From a virus (Duplodnaviria; Caudoviricetes): 60,726 nt of DNA. Below the pieces are notes generated by a model that was given only the letters and a program-made list of their open reading frames with translations, searched no databases and was not told where the DNA came from. Shown here piece after piece: positions 9,603-19,141 of the stretch; position 1 is the first letter of the stretch, and the number at the start of each line of letters is the position of its first letter. Where the stretch lies: the IMG/VR virus record IMGVR_UViG_3300007734_000734, positions 1-60,726 of that record; one strand, 5' to 3'. The position numbers were made by a program, and so were the translations under genes.

Positions 9603-12164
9603 TTACATTTTATTTCTTTTTAATATTATAAACTTTCCAGTTTTTCCATCTTTATCTTTAAATTGTAAACCTGCATCTTTTCTGGAGTAGTCTGGAATTT
9701 TATTTGTTTTAGTTAAGTTATTGTAAATATTTCCATATCCACTTTCGTCTAAACTTGATATTCCTATATATTCTGGTTTTTCTTCTTTAGTAAAGTCTAA
9801 TATAATTTTATACATAGTTGATAGTATTTTTATGTAGTTTTCCTTAGCATTTCCTGTTGGTGAAGAAGGATTAGGATTTTTATTTCCTATTTCATGAAAA
9901 TCAATGTTGTAAAATAAGTTACTGTTGTATGGATTTTTATCTAATTTTATTATTCTGTAATTATAATCATGTTCTCCTACAGTAAAATCTCCATTGGTTA
10001 AACTTCCATATATTTCAACAGCATTGTTTGAATTAAGAGCTATTTCATTTACTTTTAATTCATAAAGTTGAGAAAAAATTTTATTTGAAAGCTTTGGAGT
10101 GTAATTATATTTTAAAATATTTGCAACCCATTCATTTAATGGAGTTTTGATAGTGTCTTCCCAATTTCTAAGAGTTATATTACCTAATTTATATGCTTCT
10201 TCTTCTAATTCTTTTAAATTTCCATCTTCATTAGTATTAGTAGTATTAATATTATTTAATCTACCTTCATTATCTTGTATGCGGTGAATCATTTCATGAG
10301 CATATGAACGCAATATGTCTTTTGGATGTCTATTTAACGTGTATAAAGTGATTGAACAGTTAGATGGATCATAATATGCTGTTTTGCCTAATATGTTTTT
10401 AGCGTTTTTAAAATCGTTGTTTATGATTTTTAATGTAGGGTATGGTTTAATGTTCATACCTTGATCAACCATATATTTAGTTAAAGATGCCAAATGTGTT
10501 TTAAAATTATTAAAGACATTTAATGATTCATTAATCTTCTTAGGTGCTTCTTTAGAAAGAAATAGATAAAAATAATTTAAGGCTTCAAGTCTTTCTCCTG
10601 TTAATTCCTTTTTTAAAATTTCATATTCTTTATCTGGATTATCTTTTATAGCTTTGTAAAGATCGGCGTGTAAAGCCCAATATTTAATTTCATTATTATT
10701 TAATTCATTTAATGGAAGTTCCAATGTCTGTTTATATTTTTCAGATGACATCCCATTAGGTAAAAATGAAGTTATATCTTTGCTGTTATTCAAAGCTATT
10801 CTTAAATTAGTAGCACTTAAATTTCCAGCTGAGTTGTCGTAGTTTTTAATAGTTGTATTTTGTGGTACTTTACCAAATCTACCTAGATCCTCCTCTTTAC
10901 CAAATACTGCTATATATCGCTGTTCTGGATTAGCTCTAAAGATTTCGTGTGCTGCTGTTACAGGGCTTTGGGATGGAACAGGTAAAGATGGATCATTTGA
11001 TTTCATAACCTTTACATTTGATGGAAGATTAGCTGCTTTAAAAATAGCTAAACTTTGATCAGATGTTATAGGCATTTCATCTTTTAATCGAGTTGTAAGT
11101 TTTTCTTTTTCTTTTTTGGTCTTAGGTTCACCACCTGGTTCTGTTTTTGGTGATATTAACACAATTACCTCATCAGCGTCATTAGCAGCTGCTTTAATTC
11201 TAGCTATATGATCTTTATGAGGTGGTTTAAACTTTCCTGGAAATACAGCTATTATTTTTTCAGATTTATCTTCTAAAAGAAATGGATTTATTAGTTCCAT
11301 TACCAATGCGCTATATTTTTCTTGTAAAGCAGCTACTGTGTCTAATGATTGTTGTTTTTTAATGCCTTTATCTTTTTTTGCTTCAGCATCTCCTACTCTA
11401 ATGTTTTTAGCATACATTCCTTTAAGTCTATCTATTGATCTTCTATTTTTAAAACCTTTAATTTTTTGAATTATTGTTTCAAATTTATCATTTTTAATAT
11501 CAATATCTAATGTTAATAACATTTTTTTAACATCTTCAAATGTATTTGACTTCCATATTTGTTTACCATCATTTTTACCTATAGGAACAATTCTTAAAGT
11601 TAATTCTGATGGATTTAAGTTAAAATCATATTCTTCACCTTCACCTGGTTTTTCAGGATTTGTAATGTTTAATTCATTAAATAAATTTTCTATTTGTTTT
11701 TCATCTAATTCAGTAAATATTGTTTTAGCTAAACCTATAGCTAATGTTTGTTCTTGAGCGGGTAGATCTAACATTTGAAAGGTAAATTTACCTTCTTCTT
11801 TAGTAACTGTTACTATGTTGTCTATTTGAACATATTCTTTTTCTTTATTTGCTATAGGATATAATGTAGAAACAATATTTCCATGTATAAAGTATTTTTT
11901 GTTTTTAGACGGAATAATTGGTATTTTATCATTTTGTGTTAAAAAACTAGCAAGTTGTTGCTTAAGTTCTTTTTTATCACCTTCAGGAAATGACACAACT
12001 ATGTCTATGTCTCCAAATATATCTTTTTCAGGTCTAGAGCGAACTCCAGTTATAGTATATGATGTATCTAAACCTAAAGGTTTTAAGATATTATCTCTAT
12101 AGTCACGAATTGTGGCTTTTAAATCTTCTTTATTAATGGTGACTCCACCTGCTGCTCCACTCAT
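9603..12164 (-). CDS. multidomain protein: Pol-beta-like nucleotidyltransferase + HIGH-type cytidylyl/adenylyltransferase-like + HExxH metallopeptidase-like + C-terminal domain
   Basis: TG...FGDIDIVV and VQID; IAVFPGKFKPPHKDH...SAT; AYY...DILRSYAHEMIH. Confidence 0.7.
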   Translation of the reverse strand: MSGAAGGVTINKEDLKATIRDYRDNILKPLGLDTSYTITGVRSRPEKDIFGDIDIVVSFPEGDKKELKQQLASFLTQNDKIPIIPSKNKKYFIHGNIVSTLYPIANKEKEYVQIDNIVTVTKEEGKFTFQMLDLPAQEQTLAIGLAKTIFTELDEKQIENLFNELNITNPEKPGEGEEYDFNLNPSELTLRIVPIGKNDGKQIWKSNTFEDVKKMLLTLDIDIKNDKFETIIQKIKGFKNRRSIDRLKGMYAKNIRVGDAEAKKDKGIKKQQSLDTVAALQEKYSALVMELINPFLLEDKSEKIIAVFPGKFKPPHKDHIARIKAAANDADEVIVLISPKTEPGGEPKTKKEKEKLTTRLKDEMPITSDQSLAIFKAANLPSNVKVMKSNDPSLPVPSQSPVTAAHEIFRANPEQRYIAVFGKEEDLGRFGKVPQNTTIKNYDNSAGNLSATNLRIALNNSKDITSFLPNGMSSEKYKQTLELPLNELNNNEIKYWALHADLYKAIKDNPDKEYEILKKELTGERLEALNYFYLFLSKEAPKKINESLNVFNNFKTHLASLTKYMVDQGMNIKPYPTLKIINNDFKNAKNILGKTAYYDPSNCSITLYTLNRHPKDILRSYAHEMIHRIQDNEGRLNNINTTNTNEDGNLKELEEEAYKLGNITLRNWEDTIKTPLNEWVANILKYNYTPKLSNKIFSQLYELKVNEIALNSNNAVEIYGSLTNGDFTVGEHDYNYRIIKLDKNPYNSNLFYNIDFHEIGNKNPNPSSPTGNAKENYIKILSTMYKIILDFTKEEKPEYIGISSLDESGYGNIYNNLTKTNKIPDYSRKDAGLQFKDKDGKTGKFIILKRNKM

Positions 12165-12169
12165 AGTAA

Positions 12170-13084
12170 TTAAATATTATCAGGAATATATGCTCCAGCT
12201 CTTCTTAAAGCTTCTCTAAACATATCTAATGTTTTAGTTTGGTCTTCAGATTTTAAATTAGTTTTAATATAACTCATTAATTCAGAATAATTATTAATTA
12301 TGTCCATAGTTAATAGTTGTTGAGGTTTATATTCTTGATTAAATACTTCTAATGCTTCTTTAGGTTTATCAGCAATAGTTTCACCTGTTTCTTTACGAAT
12401 AAATCCTCTACCACTTTTAAACGTATATCCTAAAGCGGCAAACATAGCTAACATTAATTGTCCCCTATGTAAACCTTTAATATTTGGATCATCTTTTGGT
12501 AATTCAGAATTATATCTGAATTTTAACCAGTCCATATCTCCAATATCTATGTCTAATTGAGATCTAGAATTTAATTTTTCTCCTGATGTAGTATATTGGG
12601 GATATGAAAAATGTATAGAACCTGCTCCTGATGCTTTATCGCTAGCATATAAATCTCCTCCATTATCATTAATTTTTTTAACAATTAATTGGATTAATGT
12701 CTTTAATTGTATTTGATCGTCTGTTGCTGATCTAGCTGCCTTTTTACTTTTTTCGTATAATTGGGTATATTCATTTCTATTTATTCCCCATCCCTCAACA
12801 TCGGCTTGTCCATTTTTAAAGAAATGTTCAGATGAATAAGCTACATCTACATCTCCAGATTGTGGTTTATTTCCAGTTGAACCTAACCAATTACTTTTAC
12901 TTATTAATTCAGAAAATGTAGATCTTTTATTTGGAAATAATTTGGCTAAATCTTCTACAAATTTTTTAATTGTAGATTCAATGTTTGCTAATAATATATC
13001 TTGAGTGTCATATTCCGTATTTTTAAATACATTTCCACCTTCAAAAATAAAAATTTCCCGTAAAAGTTGTACTAATGAAATCAT
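12170..13084 (-). CDS. Pol-beta-like nucleotidyltransferase with MISLVQLLRE leader
   Basis: WLGSTGNKPQSGDVDVA (GS...DxD) and QLD third Asp; ATATTTAT upstream. Confidence 0.7.
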   Translation of the reverse strand: MISLVQLLREIFIFEGGNVFKNTEYDTQDILLANIESTIKKFVEDLAKLFPNKRSTFSELISKSNWLGSTGNKPQSGDVDVAYSSEHFFKNGQADVEGWGINRNEYTQLYEKSKKAARSATDDQIQLKTLIQLIVKKINDNGGDLYASDKASGAGSIHFSYPQYTTSGEKLNSRSQLDIDIGDMDWLKFRYNSELPKDDPNIKGLHRGQLMLAMFAALGYTFKSGRGFIRKETGETIADKPKEALEVFNQEYKPQQLLTMDIINNYSELMSYIKTNLKSEDQTKTLDMFREALRRAGAYIPDNI

Positions 13085-13107
13085 TAATTGTCTTTATCAT
13101 AAATATG

Positions 13108-13902
13108 TTAAACAGTTGGACTGATTTGGATTTCTGTAGGGAAATCATTAGACGTTGATTTTGGATTAGGATGTTCAAGTTTGTACAATTCATGTATATA
13201 TCCAAATAATTTAAAGTTTTCATCAATAGTACGTGATGGTTCATGTATTTCCCATCCTTTGCCCTGCATGTTGTCGCCTTTTTTATCAGGTTTTTGTTTA
13301 GCAGACTTTAACCATATAATGCCTACACGCTCAATTTTTTCTTCATACAACTCATTCCACGCTTGAGCATATGCTGACAATTGTAAATCATGGCTGGTGT
13401 GTAAGGAGTTTGACGTTTTAATGTCTAATAACCATTTTACACCATTGATTTCTACTACTAAGTCACATGTGCCTGCAAATAGATATTTGTCTGAAAATAG
13501 ATGGGCTTCACTTTCTACCAGTGTAGGTTTATATGTTAACCAAAAGTCATGAAATTTTAAAATCATCTGCCACACAAATAAAGAGTATATTGAAAATCCT
13601 TTTTCATCAATTAACGCTAATTTTTCTCCTAAAAGATACTTTTCAATGGCATCATGTACTTGTGTGCCTTCATCTGCTGCTTTTCTCATTATTACATCAG
13701 CATTATGTCCTACGTCTTTTAACCACGTTTCAAAAAATTTATTTTTAGGCATAAATTGCAATATACTTGTAACTGATGGATAAAGATTTCCATTTCTGGT
13801 GTAGTATCTGTTGTCCATTATTGTTACTCTTTTAGAAGTATCATCAATTTCTAACAATCTCTTAACACTTTTTTTGTTAACGTTTACATTTTTTTCTATC
13901 AT
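13108..13902 (-). CDS. PD-(D/E)XK exonuclease
   Basis: YPSVTSIL, GTQVH, AGTCDLV...LLDIKTS, QLSAY motifs; adjacent to primase. Confidence 0.85.
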   Translation of the reverse strand: MIEKNVNVNKKSVKRLLEIDDTSKRVTIMDNRYYTRNGNLYPSVTSILQFMPKNKFFETWLKDVGHNADVIMRKAADEGTQVHDAIEKYLLGEKLALIDEKGFSIYSLFVWQMILKFHDFWLTYKPTLVESEAHLFSDKYLFAGTCDLVVEINGVKWLLDIKTSNSLHTSHDLQLSAYAQAWNELYEEKIERVGIIWLKSAKQKPDKKGDNMQGKGWEIHEPSRTIDENFKLFGYIHELYKLEHPNPKSTSNDFPTEIQISPTV

Positions 13903-14831
13903 AATTGTAATTTTTTTTCTAGTAAATTTGAAAAGGTTAAAGGTAAAGTATTTTGAATTAAATTAGTAAATTTTTCAAATCCCATGTCGCTGGGGTCTTT
14001 ATCTTTTAAATCAACTAAATAAACCTCTTTACCTTCGTTTATTAATGATTCACAAAAATTTAACGCTTGTTTAATTGCGTCTTTATCTAAGGCTATGTAT
14101 ATTTTTTCTACTGTGGAATTAATTATTTTTTTCATTAAACTTTTTTGTATTGTCTTTCCTAATAACGGTATAGCATTTCGTTTAATAGCTATGGCATCAA
14201 ATATTCCTTCACATAAAGTGATAGGAACGTTCCAATTAATGAATAATTCAAGCCCAATTATGTCTCTTGACACGTCTGGATTTTTATACTTTATTGTTGA
14301 ATTTTTATTGAAATTACGTGCTGTAAAATAGTTAAGTGTACCTTCTGAATTATATGAAGGTAAAATAATCATGTTTGAGTAGTTGCCAAATTCACAGTAT
14401 CCTATGTTGTACTTTATGATGTCTTCTTTTAAAATGTTCCTTGCTTTTAAATAATGTAAAGCATGTTTAGCAGTTAAACTATTTGGTGGTTTAATAAGTG
14501 AAATGAATTCTTTAGGCAGTTCTGCTTTTTTACATGTTACTTCAACTCTACTATGTTCTTTTGGAGATGATTTAATTAAAAATCTTAATTCACTTACTTT
14601 ATCTGGATCTGCTTCTATTTTCTTAAATAGAGTAGTTAGCTTTTTGCCTTTAAATCCACACGTCCAACAATTGTATGATTGAAAATGCACCGATGATTCT
14701 TCTACGTTTACTTCTAGTTTTTGTTTTTGATGTTTACATTCAGGACAATAATATGCTCTGTTTCCTTTAGATGTTGATTTTCCTTTGCCTAAAATAGAAT
14801 CTATTAAGTATATTAAAGCATTGTTATCCAT
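13899..14831 (-). CDS. DNA primase (Zn finger + Toprim)
   Basis: CPEC...CWTC; LCEGIFDAIA; IALDKDA; KDPSD. Confidence 0.9.
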   Translation of the reverse strand: MDNNALIYLIDSILGKGKSTSKGNRAYYCPECKHQKQKLEVNVEESSVHFQSYNCWTCGFKGKKLTTLFKKIEADPDKVSELRFLIKSSPKEHSRVEVTCKKAELPKEFISLIKPPNSLTAKHALHYLKARNILKEDIIKYNIGYCEFGNYSNMIILPSYNSEGTLNYFTARNFNKNSTIKYKNPDVSRDIIGLELFINWNVPITLCEGIFDAIAIKRNAIPLLGKTIQKSLMKKIINSTVEKIYIALDKDAIKQALNFCESLINEGKEVYLVDLKDKDPSDMGFEKFTNLIQNTLPLTFSNLLEKKLQL

Positions 14832-14843
14832 AACTTATTAGCA

Positions 14844-14875
14844 TTAATATACATAAATGAATTAACGAAGCCTAA
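14844..14875 (-). promoter_or_regulatory. Bacteroidetes-type promoter upstream of primase
   Basis: Minus strand TTAG-GCTTCGTTAATTCATTTATG-TATATTAA (20-nt spacer). Confidence 0.6.
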
Positions 14876-14892
14876 CTTAAACTATGAAGTCT

Positions 14893-15786
14893 TTAACAAT
14901 ATATAAAAGTGTATCCGTTACACGTAATGTTATTTTTTAAAGAATTATTTATTATATATTTTGAGATTTTTAAGATTTCATGAGCTTCTTGAATTCCTCT
15001 TTTAAATATTTGGTTGGTTTCTTTTAGTAATATAGATTTAGAGGTTAGACCTTTAGGTCTTTTTGTTCTTAAATCTCTAATAGATGTATCTATTTTTAAT
15101 TTTTTATTTAGGATGTATTTTACAGTAGCATGATCTAATCCTACTTGTTCTCCTATTTTTTGGTGAGATATATTTTCTTCAAAAAGTTTTTTTATAATAT
15201 CTAAAATGTCTTTATTCCATCTTTTTCCTTTTAATTTATTAGAACCTCTTATTTCTTTAGGGATTATTTCATTTAAAATTTCATAACCTATTTTATATTT
15301 TGAACATAATTGGTCTAAATTAAATCCATTATTATAATCTTTTAAAATAACTTCATCATCTATTTCTCTAATTTTTATTTTTTCATTAATTAAAATTTTT
15401 TCATTTAAGATATTTTTAGCATAAACATGCCCTATATGTTTATTATAACATAGTGGGTTTAGTAAATTATGGTTTTCATAAATAAAGTAGTTTTCATAAT
15501 ATGTTTGTTCTGATTTTGTTTTGCATAATTGAATTATGGTTCTTTTAAAATTTTCTTTACCATATTTTTGAATATCTTCTAATAATATTTTAGAACTACC
15601 CCAGTAATTTTCCCAATCAGATTTTACTGTTTTTATTATTGAATTTTTTCTAGATTTTAATTTATGTTTTTTTCTAAAGGAAAATTGTTTTTTTCCAAAA
15701 TAAAACATATTATTAATTAAATTTTCAATTTTATAAACAAAACCAAAATATTCAGATTCATTAAATTCTTCTTTATATTCCCACAT
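14893..15786 (-). CDS. GIY-YIG (Seg-like) putative homing endonuclease with C-terminal HTH repeats
   Basis: GFVYKIEN...FYFGKK, YWGSS, YYE...YN; own ATATTTAT at 15802-15809. Confidence 0.8.
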   Translation of the reverse strand: MWEYKEEFNESEYFGFVYKIENLINNMFYFGKKQFSFRKKHKLKSRKNSIIKTVKSDWENYWGSSKILLEDIQKYGKENFKRTIIQLCKTKSEQTYYENYFIYENHNLLNPLCYNKHIGHVYAKNILNEKILINEKIKIREIDDEVILKDYNNGFNLDQLCSKYKIGYEILNEIIPKEIRGSNKLKGKRWNKDILDIIKKLFEENISHQKIGEQVGLDHATVKYILNKKLKIDTSIRDLRTKRPKGLTSKSILLKETNQIFKRGIQEAHEILKISKYIINNSLKNNITCNGYTFIYC

Positions 15787-15903
15787 ATCTATTATTTTAT
15801 TATAAATATGTTAAGAAGAAGTTTTCTATATAAAATCTTCTATTTTATTTATAATTTTATTTTTGTATAACCAATGATTCATTTTATTTTTAAGTTTTTT
15901 ATG

Positions 15904-16434
15904 TTATACATAAATTGATATATCTGTTCCATCAGTCGCTTTTCCAATCCAAACATTAGGATATTCAAAACCTTTTGGTAATAATTTAAATATTTGAATT
16001 GTTCTATGCCAACCTTCTACTAATTCATATTTACCATTTAGATCTAATATTATTATCGGTTCTGTGGGTGTGGTTACTTTATTTCCATCTGTTTTTATTA
16101 AGTATGCTTGAGTTTGATGTCTTTCTAAATCGCCTTCTAAACCCTTCTTTTCTTTACCACCCTCCCTTTCTTTAAGTCGCTTTTGAGTTTCATTATTAAA
16201 CATTTTATAATTTATTTTAAAATTTTTTTTCAATTCCCATTTAACATCTTTATATTTATTAATTAATTCATCAATATCTTTTTGTGTTGATCCTTTATTA
16301 CTCTTGTAAAACCAATCTTGAACTACATATTCTGGTGTGTTTGGTAGTTTTTCTTTTAAATAATTCATAAATGATTTTCTTATTTCATTTAAAATTTCTT
16401 CTTTAATAAGTTGTTTTTATTCTGAATTTTTCAT
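15904..16434 (-). CDS. ParB/Srx-like domain protein; N-terminal leader interrupted by in-frame TAA (open ORF 15904..16368)
   Basis: EPIIIL...YELVEGWHRT; ATG at 16434 reads MKNSE*KQLIKEEILNEIRKSF into the ORF. Confidence 0.65.
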
Positions 16435-17417
16435 TACCTGTCTAAATTTATCAATATAGTTGTGTCTGTTGTTGGTGATGAAGGTAAAGGTTGAGCTAAT
16501 TTACCTACTGCTAGTAAGTTTTGTGCTTCATCATATAAACCTATTGTTGTAACATAAGGCGAAAAGTAAGATTCAGTTATAAATCCATAAGGAGTGCCAT
16601 CTGTACTTCCTGATATTGTGCTTGGGTTTAAAGAAAGATTGTATTCATTTTCTCTAATTGTACATTTATACTGTGTTTCATGTATAACATATGTGCTTGA
16701 AAAAGAACAAGTTACATTTGAAGAAGTAATAAAATTTATTATTTCATCAGCAAAAGTTGCATTGCCACCATATGTTGACGCTCCATACACTGCTGTTCCA
16801 TAAATTGAATTAACATTATATGCATTAGCATTTCCTGTAATTATTATAATACCGTGAGGGTAAAATATATTTCCTACTATATTTGAATTTAATAATATGT
16901 TTCCCTCTCCATCATCTGTTAAACTTCCACTGTCTGTTGTAAGTGTAAAAGTATTAGGTCTTATGTAATCACCAAATAAACGAGTAGGAATAGATACAAC
17001 TCCTATTATACTGTCTGAAGATGTAGGCCAAAATCTAGGATAAGATAATGTAGTTTGTAAGTAATTGTCGTATGCTGTACTACTAGATGAACCTACTAAT
17101 CTATCTCCTTCAACATCTCTACCTGGAATTAAAATTGGTCTACTTGCTAAATCACTGTAGCTTGAACTTAAGTAATTTGAGTAGTAAAGTTCTTTTACTG
17201 AGTTGTAAATTAGTCTTTGATATTGAGGCGTTATTGCTCCTGTTGTTAAGTCTGATGATGGATTAAATAAAGAATCTGTAATATTTTTTCCTAAAAGTCT
17301 TTCAATGCCAACATTAGAACCTGTAAATTCGTTTACTCCATAAAATATAAATTCTTTATTTACTTCTAAGGGAGTATTAATTATATCTGATGCTAGAAAC
17401 TGTTTATATGCACTCAT
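16434..17417 (-). CDS. virion structural protein (baseplate/tail region)
   Basis: C-terminal YVTTIGLYD...LLAVGKLAQP shared with 17456..18448. Confidence 0.75.
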   Translation of the reverse strand: MSAYKQFLASDIINTPLEVNKEFIFYGVNEFTGSNVGIERLLGKNITDSLFNPSSDLTTGAITPQYQRLIYNSVKELYYSNYLSSSYSDLASRPILIPGRDVEGDRLVGSSSSTAYDNYLQTTLSYPRFWPTSSDSIIGVVSIPTRLFGDYIRPNTFTLTTDSGSLTDDGEGNILLNSNIVGNIFYPHGIIIITGNANAYNVNSIYGTAVYGASTYGGNATFADEIINFITSSNVTCSFSSTYVIHETQYKCTIRENEYNLSLNPSTISGSTDGTPYGFITESYFSPYVTTIGLYDEAQNLLAVGKLAQPLPSSPTTDTTILINLDR

Positions 17418-17455
17418 TTATTTTTTATATACTATGTAAAGAAACGCTATTTAGA

Positions 17456-18448
17456 TCAAAAGTCGAGCTTAACCCTTACAAGTGCTTCTTTTGTAAAATC
17501 TTTTAATAATGGTCTTGAAAGTTTAGCTACTGCTAATAATTCATTATTATCATTGTACATTCCTATTGTAGTAATATATGTTTGGGGATTGTTTATAAAC
17601 GAATTGTACAATACTTCTCCTGTACTTCCAGATATGTAACTTGGATTTTCAGAATAATTAAATTCAGCATTTCTAGCTCTAATAAATATATAATCTGATG
17701 AAATTGTTTCTTGGCTGTTTAAGAAAAAACTTGCTCCTCCGCTGATAGCATTAAAGAGTTTTCTATTGTTATATCCATCACTGTCATTAGACTGACTAGA
17801 ATTTAAAGATATAGATTGAGAAATAGCTTGTGGATTTAACAATATTGTTCCAATGTCAGGTAAAAACCACCCATAAGAACCAGATGATAAACTATATCCA
17901 TCTGCATTCACTCCAGTGTATACTGTTCCTTGAGAACCACTAACAATTTGGTAAACTCTTCCTGCGTCATTAAAAACAATAGTTGGGGCTATTAAACTAT
18001 TATCTGTTAAAGTAAGCTGTCCACTACTTCCACTTAAAACTAATGATAACGAACCAGGAAATAGTGATTCTTTATATCTAGTTCTGTCCATTGATAAAAC
18101 CCAAAATTCAGATGATGTAATTGTTCCAAATGTGAAATCTGTATTTTCGTCTCCTATTATTAAATTTTGATATTGAGCATATGTTGATTTAGTTGGTGAA
18201 ACATATGGCACAACATCATTATAATATGCGCTTCCACTGCCGTTTTTATTACCATAAGCTACAGCAAATTGAATTGCTGAAAGATCACTGTTGTAAACGT
18301 TTAAATAAAAAAGTCCAGCTGATGATATTTCTTGTATAGATGAAGTGTAAAAACTAGACAGTCCTACTACTCCTTCAGACCATAATGTGGCAGTGACTGA
18401 GTCTGAACTTATTACAAAATCTTCTTGTGATATTCTGTTAAATGACAT
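17456..18448 (-). CDS. virion structural protein (paralogue of 16434..17417)
   Basis: YITTIGMYN...LLAVAKLSRP...VKLDF. Confidence 0.75.
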   Translation of the reverse strand: MSFNRISQEDFVISSDSVTATLWSEGVVGLSSFYTSSIQEISSAGLFYLNVYNSDLSAIQFAVAYGNKNGSGSAYYNDVVPYVSPTKSTYAQYQNLIIGDENTDFTFGTITSSEFWVLSMDRTRYKESLFPGSLSLVLSGSSGQLTLTDNSLIAPTIVFNDAGRVYQIVSGSQGTVYTGVNADGYSLSSGSYGWFLPDIGTILLNPQAISQSISLNSSQSNDSDGYNNRKLFNAISGGASFFLNSQETISSDYIFIRARNAEFNYSENPSYISGSTGEVLYNSFINNPQTYITTIGMYNDNNELLAVAKLSRPLLKDFTKEALVRVKLDF

Positions 18449-18452
18449 ATTT

Positions 18453-19106
18453 TTATGATATTTTATTTATTGTTATTGGAATTGTTAATCTTGCTCCGCT
18501 GTCTCTACCTTCAACAGTTAATGTAGCTTGTAAAGATGTATTAGAACCAAATAATGTGTTTACAGTAGTTGCTCTCATGCTAATTGTAGTGCCTACTACT
18601 GTTTTAGAAACATTAGTTCCTAATGTAGTTGTAGTGTTTAAAGCTTGTGCGGCTGGTGTGTTAACACCTACTCCATCAAAATTACTAAATAAGCGTATGT
18701 CTGACACTGTTACTGTGTAACCAGATGTTTCATAAGTGTTTCCACCAAAATAATTTAAAGTTTGTGGGGTAAGAGCTAATGACGCTCCTTGTTTAAGCAC
18801 AATTGCTGATGTTCCTAAGTCTAAGATAGGTAATTTTGCTGTTCCTCTAGGCAGTGTAACTAATTTATACTTCATTATTTGAGTTTCTAAAGGAAATGCT
18901 TCTAATAATGGCATATTTACAATTGCTTCACCATAATATGATGAGCCTGAAGGGTGTGTTGGGTTGTATAATGTGTAGTTTATCTCATCATCTGCTAATG
19001 CAAATTGAGTTATTTTAAAAGATCCATTATTTTGTGCTAATAATTGTCTTCCTTTGGTTGTTAATATTGCGTCTACGGTAATGACCGAATTATTTAAATA
19101 GCCCAT
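18453..19106 (-). CDS. virion structural protein
   Basis: DAILTTKGRQLLA...FALADDEINY; structural cluster; ATATTTAT upstream. Confidence 0.75.
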   Translation of the reverse strand: MGYLNNSVITVDAILTTKGRQLLAQNNGSFKITQFALADDEINYTLYNPTHPSGSSYYGEAIVNMPLLEAFPLETQIMKYKLVTLPRGTAKLPILDLGTSAIVLKQGASLALTPQTLNYFGGNTYETSGYTVTVSDIRLFSNFDGVGVNTPAAQALNTTTTLGTNVSKTVVGTTISMRATTVNTLFGSNTSLQATLTVEGRDSGARLTIPITINKIS

Positions 19107-19141
19107 TTTTTATTATAAATATTAATGTATTATGTTTTTTG

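Noticed and set aside
13041-13244. Alternative-frame minus ORF overlapping exonuclease and NTase genes
   Set aside because: Overlaps two well-supported genes and a promoter motif
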